A stretch of 64,000 bases of DNA from Sphyrna mokarran (Eukaryota), in the NCBI GenBank assembly GCA_024679065.1, contig JAGIQG010000006.1, positions 8,060,001 through 8,124,000 on the forward strand, given 5' to 3'. Both the position numbers and the translations under genes were made by a program. Under the pieces are notes generated by a model. It worked only from the letters and a program-made list of their open reading frames with translations, searched no databases and was not told the origin of the DNA. Position 1 is the first letter of the stretch; each line of letters starts with the position of its first letter. This document shows positions 52,572-64,000 of this stretch, piece after piece.

Positions 52572-53495
52572 ATGGCAGTGCAGGTAGTACATTGCACCTC
52601 CTGCGGTATGTATGAGGTGAGGGACACCAGTAGTGTTTCTGCTGATTATACCTGCAGGAAGTGTGCACATTTGCAGCTCCTTGAGGATCGTGTTAAGGAG
52701 CTGGAGCTGGAATTAGAGGAGCTCAGAGTAATTCGAGAGGTTGAGGAGGATATAGGCAGGAGTAACAAAGAGATTGTAACTCCTCTAAGTGATAAGTGGG
52801 TAACTCTTAGGAGGAGGGGTAAGAAGCAATCGGGGAGACAATCCCCTGGGGCTGTTCCCCTCCAAAATAAATTTTCTGTCTTGGAGGCTACAGTTGAGGA
52901 AGAATCAACTGGAGCTGACAAAAGGGAGCAGGTCTCTGGGGGTGAGCCTGCTGAGAATGCTCAGGTGGGTGGGGGGAATAAGAGATTAGGCCTAGTTATA
53001 GGAGACTCCATAGTTAGAGGGACAGATAGGAGGGTAAATAGTAATAAACAGGACTCAGGGCTGGTGTGTTGCCTCCCAGGGCCTGGGGTCCAGGATGTTG
53101 CAGATCGGGTTTTTAGGATTCTTAAGGGTGAGGGGAGTCAGCCCCAAGTCATTGTTCATGTGGGGACACATGATGTAGGTAGGGCAAGGGAAGGGGATAT
53201 TAAACAGAAATTTATGGAGTTAGGGTGGAAGCTTAGGTCCATAACAGGCAGAGTGGTTATCTCTGGATTCTTGCCTGTGCCAAGAGATAGTTTAGAGATG
53301 AACAGAGAAAGGGATAGTTTGAACTCATGGCTGCGTGGATGGTGCAGGAGGGAGGGGTTCAGTTTCCTTAACAATTGGGACTCATTCTGGGATAGGTGGG
53401 ACCTCTTCAAGAGAGATGGTCTACACCTGAACCAGAGGGGGACTAATATCTTGGGGGGGAAATTTGCTAAGGCTATGATGGGGGCTTTAAACTGA
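52572..53495 (+). CDS. CR1 ORF1p: CxxC..CxxC zinc finger, leucine zipper, SGNH esterase
   Basis: CTSC..CRKC, LEDRVKELELELEEL, GDSIVRG, HVGTHD, DGLHLN. First ATG at 52572. Confidence 0.9.
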   Translation: MAVQVVHCTSCGMYEVRDTSSVSADYTCRKCAHLQLLEDRVKELELELEELRVIREVEEDIGRSNKEIVTPLSDKWVTLRRRGKKQSGRQSPGAVPLQNKFSVLEATVEEESTGADKREQVSGGEPAENAQVGGGNKRLGLVIGDSIVRGTDRRVNSNKQDSGLVCCLPGPGVQDVADRVFRILKGEGSQPQVIVHVGTHDVGRAREGDIKQKFMELGWKLRSITGRVVISGFLPVPRDSLEMNRERDSLNSWLRGWCRREGFSFLNNWDSFWDRWDLFKRDGLHLNQRGTNILGGKFAKAMMGALN

Positions 53496-56479
53496 TTCGG
53501 GGGGGGGGTGGGATCCTAAGTAGTTGGGGTGCCGAGAGGGATGAGAGTAAGGGGGTTATAGAGGAGAGTTGTAAAACACAGCGGCGTACGGGTGGGGTGG
53601 GGCAGGGTTTGAGATGCGTATACTTTAATGCAAGGAGTATTCGCAATAAGGGGGAGGAACTTGCAGCTTGGACCAGTACCTGGAGCTTCGATGTTGTGGC
53701 CATTTCAGAGACTTGGGTAGAGCAGGGACAGGAATGGATGTTGCAGGTTCCGGGGTAAAAATGCTTTAGTCGGAGTAGAGAAGGGGGTAGAAGGGGGGGA
53801 GGAGTGGCGTTACTGGTCAAAGACTGTATCACGGTGATCGAAAAGAAGTTTGATGAGGACTTGTATGTTGAGGTAGTATGGGCTGAGATTAGAAACAGGA
53901 GAGGAGAGGTCACCCTGTTGGGAGTCTTTTACAGACCTCCTAATAGTTCTAGAGAGGTTGAGGAAAGGATTGCAAAGTCAATTCTGATTAGGAGTGAAAG
54001 TAGTAGGGTAATTGTGATGGGGACTTTAACTTTGCTAATATTGATTGGAATAGCTAAAGCTCTAGCTCGTTAGAGGGGTCAGTTTTCGTACAGAGTGTGC
54101 AGGAAGGTTTTTTGACTCAGTATGTAGATAGGCCAACTAGAGGTGAGGCTACATTGGATTTGGTGCTGGGCAATGAGCCAGACCGGGTGTTAGGAAGACC
54201 AGGTGCAGGAAGGTTTTTTGACTCAGTATGTAGATAGGCCAACTAGAGGTGAGGCTACATTGTATTTGGTGCTGGGCAATGAGCCAGACCAGGTGTTAGG
54301 CTTGGAAGTTAGTGAACATTTTGGTGATAGTGACCACAGTTCGGTTACGTTCACCTTAGTGATGGACAGGGATAGGCATGAAGCTGGGGGCTGTAGTTAT
54401 AGCTGGGGGAAGGGTAATTATGAGGCCATCAGGCGAGGATTAGGGTGCGTAGATTGGACTAGGGAACTACAGGGACTGGGAACATCTGGAAGGTGGTGCT
54501 TATTCAAGGAGCAGCTGCTGAGAGTCCTTGATAAGTATGTCCCTGTCAGGCAGGGAGGAAATGAACGAGTAAGAGAGCCTTGGTGTACGAAAAGAGTTGA
54601 TTTGCTGGTTAAGAAGAAAAAGGAGGCTTATGTCAGGATGAGGCTTGAAGGCTCAGGTAGTGCAATGGATAGTTATAGATTAGCTAGGAAGGAGGTAAAA
54701 AGTGAATTGAGGAGAGCTAAGAGGGGACACGAGAAGATGTTGGCTTATAGGATTAAGGAGAATCCTAAAGCTTTCTTTCGATATGTTAAGAATAGAAGAT
54801 TGGTTAGGGCAAGATTAGGGCCAGTCATAGACAGCAGTGGGAAGTTGTTCGTGGAGCCTGAAGAGATTGGTGAGGCACTGAATAAATATTTCTCTTCGGT
54901 ATTCACGCAGAGTGCTGGAAATGTAGCTGTGGAGAGCACTGAGGTACAGGGTTGCCAATTGGGGAGTATTGTAGTAGATAGGGAGGATGTGTTAGAAATT
55001 CTCGAGGGTTTGAAGTTGGATAAGTCCCCTGGGCCGGACGGGATTTACCCTAGGATTCTCTGGGAGGCAAGAGAGGAGATTGCAGAGCCTCTGGCTCTGA
55101 TCTTCAGGTCCTCGTTGGTTACGGGTGTGTTTCCGGAGGACTGGAGGATAGCGAATGTGGTCCCATTGTTTAAGAAGGGGAAGAGAGACCTTCCAGGGAA
55201 TTATAGGCCAGTGAGTCTTACTTCTGTTGTGGGCAAGGTATTGGAGAGAATTATTAGGGATAGGATTTATAGTTATTTAGAGAGAAATGAATTGATGGGG
55301 GATAGTCAGCATGGTTTCGTGAAGGGTAGGTCATGCCTTACTAACCTCATTGAGTTTTTTGAGAAGTGACCAAAGAGGTGGATGGGGGTAAGGCGGTTGA
55401 TGTAGTATATATGGACTTTAGTAAGGCGTTTGATAAGGTGCCCATGGAAGACTTCTACAGAAAATGCAGATGTGTGGAATAGAGGGTGATTTAGCTAATT
55501 GGATTAGGAATTGGCTGGCAGATAGAAGACAGAGGGTGGTGGTTGATGAGAGATATTCATCGTGGAGTTCGGTGACAAGTGGTGTACCTCAGGGGTCTGT
55601 TTTGGGGCCCCTGCTGTTTTGTAATTTTTATAAATGATCTGGATGAGGGTATTGAAGGATGGATTAGTAAATTTGCAGATGACACTAAAGTCGGTGGAGT
55701 GGTAGATAGTGAAGAGGGGTGTTATAGTTTGCAGAGTGACTTGGACAAGTTGCAGAGCTGGGCCGAGAGGTGGCAAATGGAGTTTAATGTGGAAAAGTGT
55801 GAGGTAATGCACTTTGGCAGGAACAATAAATGTGTAGAGTATAGGGCTAATGGTAGGGCTCTTAATAGTGTTGAGGAACAGAGGATCTTGGTGTATGTGT
55901 CAATAGATCCCTGAAAGTAGGCAGTCAAGTGGATAAAGTTGTTAAGAAGGCATATGGAGTCTTAGCTTTTATTGGTAGGGGGATTGAATTTAGGAGCCGC
56001 AGCATCAGGTTGCAACTGTACAAAACTCTAGTGCGGCCGCACTTGGAGTATTGTGTGCAGTTCTGGTCGACACATTATAAGAAAGATGTGGAGGCATTGG
56101 AGAGGGTACAGAGGAGGTTTACCAGGATGTTGCCTGGTATGGAGGGCAGGTCTTATGAAGAGAGGCTGAGGGATTTGAGGTTGTTTTCGTTAGAAAGAGG
56201 CGGCTAAGAGGGGACCTTATCGAAACATATAAGATGATTAGAGGTTTAGATAGGGTGGACAGTGATAGCCTTTTTCCTAGGATGGAGAAAGCTAGCACGA
56301 GGGGACACAGCTTTAAATTAAGGGTTATGAGTTATAGGACAGATATCAGAGGTAGGTTCTTTACTCAAAGAGTGATTAGGGAGTGGAATGCCCTGCCTGC
56401 AGCTGTTGTAGATGCGCCAAGTTTGGTGGCGTTTAAGAAGTTAGTGGATAAGTATATGGATGAGAAGGGAATGGTTTAG
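53486..56479 (+). pseudogene. CR1 ORF2 (APE endonuclease + reverse transcriptase), disrupted
   Basis: Motifs YFNARS, SETW, YRPP, SDH, PGPDG, FADD, with in-frame TAA at ~53756 and frameshifts. Confidence 0.92.
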
Positions 56480-57814
56480 TTAGGAGGGGCATTGCTTGTT
56501 ATTTTGGTCGGCACAACATCGAAGGCCGAAGGGCCTGTTCTGTGCTGTATTGTTCTATGTTCTATGTTCTATGTTCTATAACCCCATGCATTTATCCTAG
56601 CTAGTCCCCCTGATACAAAGGAGCATTTAGCAATCCACCTAACCCACACACATTTGGAAACTGGAGCACCCAGAGGAAATCCACAGGGAAGAATGTGCAG
56701 ACTTCACACAGGCAATGACCTAAGCTGGGAATTGAACCTGGGTCCCTGGCGCTGTGTGATAACCGTGCTAACTACTGTAGCACCGTGCCACCCAATGAAT
56801 CCAGTTAATGAATTCCAGAACTAATTTTGTGGGGCACAGAGTTAGTTTCACTTAAATAATTGGTGTTAAAATGGGGCTTCAAACAGGTGACCAGATCCTT
56901 ATTTCCCTGGTTAAGGGCTGATTGCTTTGTTGTTTTAACCTTCAGCACTATGATTGGTGCCATGTCACTGGTTGGAAATGAAATGATCCTCCTGTCTGTT
57001 ATATCGTGTGAAGGAATGAAATAAACAAGTGCCACGGGCTAGGCCAGCATTTATTACCCTTAGTTACCCCTTCAGAAGGTGATAGCGAGCTGCCTTCTTG
57101 CAATCTCTGAGGTGTAGGTACACCCCCAGTGCTGTTAGGGAGGGAGTCAGAGGACTTTTATCCAAATCGGTGGCTTAGCTATGAGCACGCAACATGCATT
57201 ACACAGATCAATTCACAAACCACAGCTTTTATCTCTGGTGTAAATAGTAGGACGGAGGTGAGTGACTGGGTAGGACAGGTTTAACCCGCTAATTATTACA
57301 GGTGCTTTGCTCAGGGAACTGGCTGCTGTTTCCAACTCCTCGGCTGTGATGGGAGATTTTACTGGAGGTCAGCCAGTTTTCAATAACTGATCCCAGAGTG
57401 AATCTATGCTTTCAATTGTCAATCTATCAAAGTTGCAATGCTTGTGAACAGTGCATCAAATAAACAATTGTTTATGCATATACAATGACTTGTTTTTAGC
57501 ATCAACTTGCACTACACATCAATCAGAATGAAATGAGGCTATTCCGCCCATCATATCTGTGTCAGCCCTTTGACAGATCTAGCCAATTTGTTTGGGTTCT
57601 TGGTTTATGCGATGAAAGAGTGCCTGGCTAGTCCATCCCTAGTTGCTTCTTGAGAAGGTGGTAAGCTGCCTACTTGAACAGCGGCAGTCCCTGAAGTGTA
57701 TGTACACTCACCGTGCTGTTAGAGAGGGAGTTGCAGGATTTTGACTCAGCAACATCAACATTTCCAAGTCAGAATGGTGAGTAACTTGGAGGGTGGTCCC
57801 ATCCAACTGCTTCT

Positions 57815-60800
57815 ATGGGAATAAGAGATAGACCTGGTAATTGGAGACTCCATAATTAGGGGGACAGATAGTAGAGTAAATAGTAATAAACGGGACTCAG
57901 GGCTGGTGTGTTGCCTCCCAGGGGCTGGGGTCCAGGATGTCTCAGAATGGGTTTTTAAGATTCTTAAGGGAGAGGGGAGTCAGCCCCAAGTCATTGTTCA
58001 TGTAGGGACACATGATGTAGGTAGGACAAGGGAAGGGGATATTAAACAGAAATTTATGGAGTTGGGATGGAAGCTTAGGGCCAAAACAGACAGAGTGGTT
58101 ATCTCTGGACTCTTGCCTGTGCCACGGGATAGTTTAGAGAAGAACAGAGAGAGGGAATGTTTGAACTCGTGGCTGCGGGGATGGTGCAGGAGGGAGGGGT
58201 TCAGGTTCTTGAACAATTGGGGCTCATTCTGGGGTAGGTGGGACCTCTACAAGAGAGATGGTCTACACCTGAACCAGAGGGGAACCAATATCTTGGGGGA
58301 AAAATTTGCAAAGGCTATGCAGGGGGCTTTAAACTGATTCAGAGGGGGGGTGGGATCCTGAGTAGTTTGGATGTTAAGAGGGACGAGAATAGGGGGGTCA
58401 TAGATGAGAACTGTAAAGCACAGCAGCGTACGGGTGGAGTAGGGCATGGTTTGAAATGCATATACTTTAATGCAAGAAGTATTCGCAATAAGGTGGAGGA
58501 ACTTGCAGCTTGGACCAGTACCTGGAACTTCGATGTTGTGGCCATTTCAGACACATGGATACAGCAGGGACAGGAATGGTTGTTGCAGGTTCCAGGGTTC
58601 AAATGCTTCAGTCGGAGTAGAGAAGGAGGTAGAAGGTACCTTATTGAGTTTTTTGAAAAAGTGACCAAAGAGGTGGATGGGGGTAAGGCAGTTGATGTAG
58701 TATATATGGAATTTAGTAAGGCGTTCGATAAGGTGGCTCATGGAAAGCGTCTGCAGAAAATGCAGATGTATGGGATTGAGGGTGATTTAGCTAATTGGAT
58801 TAGGAATTGGCTAGCAGATAGAAGACAGAGGGTGGTGGTTACAAGTGGAGTACCTCAGGGATCTGTTTTGGGGCCCCTGCTGTTTGTAATTTTTATAAAT
58901 GATCTGGATGAGGGTATTGAGGGATGGATTAGTAAATTTGCGGATGACACCAAAGTCGGAGGAGTGGTAGATAGTGAAGAGGGGTGTTATAGTTTGCAGA
59001 GAGACTTGGACAAGTTGCAGAGCGGGGCCGAGAGGTGGCAAATGGAGTTTAATGTGGGAAAGTGTGAGGTAATGCACTTTGGCAGGAACAATAAATGTGT
59101 AGAGTATAGGGCTAATGGTAGGGCTCTTAATAGTGTTGAGGAACAGAAGGATCTTGGTGTATGTGTCAATAGATCCCTGAAAGTAGGCAGTCAAGTGGAT
59201 AAAGGTGTTAAGAAGGCATATGGAGTCTTAGCTTTTATTGGTAGGGGGATTGAATTTCGGAGCTGCAATGTCATATTGCAACTGTACAAAACTCTAGTGC
59301 GGCCGCACTTGGAGTATTGTGTGCAGTTCTGGTCCCCACATTATAAGAAAGATGTGGAGGCATTGGAGAGGGTACAGAGGAGGTTTACCAGGATGTCGCC
59401 TGGTATGGAAGGCAGGTCTTATGAAGAGAGGCTGAGGGATTTGAGGTTGTTTCCGTTAGAAAGAAGGCGGCTAAGAGGAGACCTTATTGAAACATATAAG
59501 ATGATTAGAGGTTTAGATAGGGTGGACAGTGATAGCATTTTTCCTAGGATGGAGAAAGCTAGCACGAGGGGACATAGCTTTAAATTAAGGGATGGTGGTT
59601 ATAGGATGGATGTCAGAGGTAGGTTCTTTACCCAGAGGGTGGTAAGGGTATGGAATGCCCTGCCTGTGTCAGTTGTAGATGTGCCAAGTTTGGTGGCGTT
59701 TAAGAGGTTAGTAGATAAGTTTATGGACGAAAAGGGAATGGTTTAGGTTTGAGGGTCATTGCTTTTTCCTAATTGGTCGGCGCAACATCGAAGGCCGAAG
59801 GGCCTGTTCTGCGCTGTAATATTCTATGTTCTATGTTCTAAGGGGGGGGTAGGAGTGGCGTTATTAGTCAAAGACTGTATCACAGTGACAGAAAGGAAGT
59901 TTGATGAGGACTTGTCTGTTGAGGTAGTATGGGCTGAGATTAGAAACAGGAGAGGAGAGGTCACCCTGTTGGGAGTCTTTTATAGACTTCTTAAAAGTTC
60001 TAGAGAGGTAGAGGAAAGGATTGCAAACGATCCTGGACAGGAGTGAAAGTAATAGAGTAATTGTTATGGGGGACTTTAACTTTACAAATATTGATTGGAA
60101 TAGCTATAGCTCTAGCATGTTAGAGGCGTCAGTTTTTGTACAAAGTGTGCAGGAAGGTTTTTTGACTCAGTATGTAGATAGGCCAACTAGAGGTGAGGCT
60201 ACATTGGATTTGGTGCTGGGCAATGAGCCAGACCAAGTGTTAGGCTTGGAAGGTGGTGAACATTTTGGTGATAGTGACCACAATTCAGTTACATTCACCT
60301 TAGTGATGGATAGGGATAGGCATGAAGCTGGGGGCAGTAGTTATAGCTGGGGGAAGGGTAATTATGAGGCCATAAGGAGAGAATTAGGGTGCATAGGTTG
60401 GACTAGGAAACTACAGGGACTGGGAACATATGAAATGTGGAGCTTATTCAAGGAGCAGCTACTGTGAGTCCTTGATAAGTATGTCCCTGTCAGGCAAGGA
60501 GGAAATGGTCAAGTAAGGGAACCATGGTGTATTAAAAAAGTTAATTCGCTGGTTAAAAGGAAAAAGGAGGCTTATGTCAGGATGAGGCTTGAAGGCTCGG
60601 TTAGCGCAATGGATAGCTATAGATTAGCCAGGAGGGAGCTAAAGAGTGAATTGAGGAGAGCTAAGAGAGGACACGAGAAGACTTTGGCTGATAGGATTAA
60701 GGAGAATCCTAAAGCGTTCTTTAGATATGTTAAGAATAGAAGATTGGTTAGGGCAAGATTAGGGCCGGTCATAGACAGCAGTGGGAAGTTGTGCGTGGAG

Positions 60801-62509
60801 CTGAAGAGATTGGAGAGGCACTGAATAAATATTTCTCTTCGGTATTCACGCAGGGAGATGTAAATGTAGTTGTGGAGAACACTGGGATACAGGTTGCAAA
60901 CTGGAAAGTATTGAAGTAGATAAGGAGGATGTGCTAGATATTCTTGAGGGTTTGAAGTTAGATAAGTCCCCTGGGCCGGACGGGATTTACCCTAGGATTC
61001 TCTGGAAGGCGAGAGAGGCGATTGCAGAGCCTCTGGCTCTGATCTTCAGGTCGTCGTTGGTTACGGGTGTGGTTCCGGAGGACTGGAGGATAACGAATGT
61101 GGTCCCATTGTTCAAGAAGGGGAAGAGAGACCTTCCAGGGAATTATAGGCCAGTGAGTCTTACTTCTGTTGCGGGCAAAGTATTGGAGAGAATATTAGGG
61201 ATAGGATTTATAGTTATTTAGAGAGAAATGAATTGATTGGGGATAGTCAGCATGGTTTTGTGAAGGGTAGGTCGTGCCTTACAACCTTATTGAGTTTTTT
61301 GAAAAAGTGACCAAAGAGGTGGATGGGGGTAAGGCAGTTGATGTGGTATATATGGACTTTAGTAAGGCGTTCGATAAGGTGGCCCATGGAAGGCTTCTGC
61401 AGAAAATGCAGATGTATGGGATTGAAGGTGATTTAGCTAATTGGATTAGGAATTGGCTAGCTGATAGAAGACAGAGGGTGGTGGTTGATGGAAGATATTC
61501 ATTGTGGAGTTCGGTTACAAGTGGTGTACCTCAGGGATCTGTTTTGGGGCCCCTGCTGTTGTAATTTTTATAAATGATCTGGATGAGGGTATTGAAGGAT
61601 GGATTAGTAAATTTGCAGATGACACTAAAGTCGGTGGAGTGGTAGATAGTGATGAGGGGTGTTATAGTTTACAGAGTGACTTGGACAAGTTGCAGAGCTG
61701 GGCCGAGAGGTGGCAAATGGAGTTTAATGTGGAAAAGTGTGAGGTAATGCACTTTGGCAGGAATAATAAATGTGTAGAGTATAGGGCTAATGGTAGGATT
61801 CTTAATAGTGTTGATGAACAGAAGGATCTTGGTGTGTATGTGCATAGATCCCTGAAAGTAGGCAGTCAAGTCGAGAAGGTTGTTAAGAAGGCATATGGAG
61901 TCTAGCTTTTATTGGTAGGGGGATTGAATTTCGGAGCCGCAACGTCATGTTGCAACTGTACAAAACTCTAGTGCGGCCGCACTTGGAGTATTGTGTGCAG
62001 TTCTGGTCCCAACATTATAAGAAAGATGTGGAGGCATTGGAGAGGGTACAGAGGAGGTTTACCAGGATATTGCCTGGTATGGAAGGCAGGTCTTATGAAG
62101 AGAGGCTGAGGGATTTGAGGTTGTTTTCGTTAGAAAGAACGCGGCTAAGAGGAGTCCTTATTGAAACGTATAAGATGATTAGAGGTTTAGATAGGGTGGA
62201 CAGTGATAGCCTTTTTCCTAGGATGGAGAAAGCTAGCACGAGGGGACATAGCTTTAAATTAAGGGGTGGTGGTTATAGGACGGGTGTCAGAGGTAGGTTC
62301 TTTACCCAGAGGGTGGTAAGGATATGGAATGCCCTGCCTGCATCAGTTGTAGATGCGCCAAGTTTGGTGGCGTTTAAGAGGTTAGTAGATAAGTTTATGG
62401 ACGAGAAGGGAATGGTTTAGGTTAGAGGGTCATTGCTTTTTCTTAATTGGTCGGCGCAACATCGAAGGCCGAAGGGCCTGTTCTGCACTGTAACGTTCTA
62501 TGTTCTATG
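57815..62509 (+). mobile_element. CR1 family A copy truncated within ORF1, interrupted at ~58636/59840 by another family A copy
   Basis: EN sequence stops at agaagg (58636) and resumes as aagggggggtaggagtggcg after the tail at 59840, as in the uninterrupted 53780-53810. Confidence 0.93.
58637..59839 (+). mobile_element. Nested CR1 family A 3' fragment (RT + tail)
   Basis: Begins at LIEFFEK and ends in a TTCTATG tail. Confidence 0.93.
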
Positions 62510-63159
62510 TGGTAAAGGTCACAGTTTTGGAAAATTCTGTCAAAAAAGCACTGGCAAGTGAATGTTAAAGGTCGTGGATAGGATGCCAATTAAACAGCTG
62601 CTTTTTGCTGGATGGTGTTGAGCTTCTTGAGTGTTGGCGCTGCACCCATCCAGGCAAGTAGAGAATATTCCATCAAACTCCTGACTTGTGTTTTAGATTT
62701 GGAGAATCAAAAGGCAAGTTAATTAGCCTCTGATTTGCTCCTGTAACCACAATATTTATGTGTCAGGTGCAACTAGGTTTCTGGTCAATTGTGCCTCACA
62801 GGAAATTGGATAGTAGGGGATTCAGTGATGGTAATTGTATATTGAACACTCAATAGTGAGGGGAACTGATTGGACTCGATCTTGTTTTGTTAATTGGTGG
62901 GATGTGGACATCACTGTCTGAGCCAGCATTTATTTCTCCAATTTCCCTTTGAGCCCATTCAGAGGGTATTGCTGTGGCTCTGGGAGTCACGTGTAGGCCA
63001 GACCAGGTAAGGATGGCAGATTTCCTTCCTTGAATCAGATGGGCTTTTAAGACAATCATTTCATGGTCATTAGACTTTTAATTCCAGATTTTTATTAAAT
63101 TTAAATAGTAGGATTTGAACCAGGTCACCAAAGCACTACAGGTCTATAGATTAATGGAG

Positions 63160-63720
63160 CAAAAGGCAGTCCCACGGCCCTGATGGCTTGCGTCTGAAAA
63201 TCCTAAAAGAAGCTACAGAAATAGATGAATTGGTTCTAATTTTCCAAAACTCCTTGGATTCTGGAGAAGTACCAGAGGATTGGAAACTGCCAATGTGACA
63301 ACACTATTCAAAGAGAGAAGGCGGCAAAAAGCAGCTAACTATGGAATCAATTATTAAAGAAATAAAACAGCAGATTTGGAAAAGCATAATCTAATCAAGC
63401 TGAGGCAGCAAAGCTTCATGAAAGAGAAATTGTGCCTGATTTATTATTTGAGGAAAATCTCAACCAGAATGGATAGAATGACACCAGTAGATGTGTTGTA
63501 TTTGGACTTCCAGAAGGTGTTCAGTGAAGTACCTTTTAAAAAAAGGATAACTGGTAAGAGCCTGTGGTATTGGATGGAATATATTGGTGTGTAGAGAATT
63601 GGGTAGGAAACAGTCGGTGGGGATAAGGGGTTCTTTTCAGGTTGGGTGACCTGTAACCAGTGAGATTCCACAGGGATCAGTGGTGGGACAGCAACTGTTT
63701 ACAATACAATGACTCGATGA
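63160..63720 (+). mobile_element. Old CR1 ORF2 fragment
   Basis: VDVLYLDFQKVF and PEDWK remnants. Confidence 0.75.
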
Positions 63721-64000
63721 GGAAACTGGAGCAGTCAGAGGAAACTCATGCTGAACGGAGAATGCGCGAACTCCACACAGTGACCTGAGCTGTGAATCAA
63801 GCCCAGGTCCCTGGAGCTGTGAAACAGCAGTGTTAACTACTGTGCTGCCCAAATATTGATAGGTTAAGCAAAGAAATTGTCAAATGTGGTGGCACAGTAA
63901 TTAGCACTGCTGCCTCACAGGGCCCGGGAGCCGGCTTACGATTCCCATATTGGTGGTCACGTCTGTGTCGCGTTTACAAGTTTCCCCCCACATCTACAAG
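63720..64000. mobile_element. Two SINE heads (63720-63850 minus, 63886-64000 plus)
   Basis: tRNA-like ggtggcacagt..agcactgctgcc heads and V-domain starts. Confidence 0.7.

Larger units (their letters stand above)
52243..56578 (+). mobile_element. Apparently full-length CR1 family A LINE (5'UTR, intact ORF1, disrupted ORF2, 3'UTR and tail)
   Basis: About 4.3 kb with all modules in order. ORF2 has stops, 1-nt deletions and a ~100-bp duplication. Confidence 0.95.
52131..56793 (-). mobile_element. HE1-like SINE split by a CR1 insertion (pieces 52131-52216 and 56579-56793)
   Basis: Tail on the left, V-domain and head on the right. ATAAC occurs at both junctions. Confidence 0.8.

Noticed and set aside
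1-64000. Prokaryotic RT systems (retron, DGR, group II intron) or a CRISPR array
   Set aside because: The RTs are APE-linked non-LTR types with 3' microsatellite tails, the host gene is spliced, and there is no repeat-spacer array.

Overview
Eukaryotic, transposon-saturated vertebrate DNA. The CR1/HER1-type LINEs and HE1-like V-SINEs point to a cartilaginous fish, probably a shark (inference). Most long ORFs are CR1 ORF1/ORF2 pieces or their antisense shadows, from at least five CR1 families in nested stacks. Also present are a Rex1/Babar-type LINE, Penelope-like terminal repeats with minimal hammerhead motifs, and tRNA-derived SINEs. One host gene can be assembled on the + strand across about 21 kb: exons 28825-28885, 30284-30691, 34851-35198, 44531-44630 and probably 50033-50042, about 308 aa. 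It has a signal peptide, a Siglec-15-like V-set domain whose essential Arg is replaced by Cys, a second V-set domain, a Lys-containing TM helix and a very short tail, i.e. a likely DAP12-coupled activating receptor. Top findings: (1) this V-V, Arg-less Siglec-15-like receptor; (2) an in-frame U_UUA_AAC slippery heptamer plus G-tract at the CR1 ORF1/ORF2 junction, with ORF2 in the -1 frame and no usable AUG; (3) a CR1 family whose long 3'UTR carries a covarying ~120-nt RNA structure fused to a captured, promoter-less V-SINE. Repeat boundaries were read by eye and are approximate; family labels A-E are my own.
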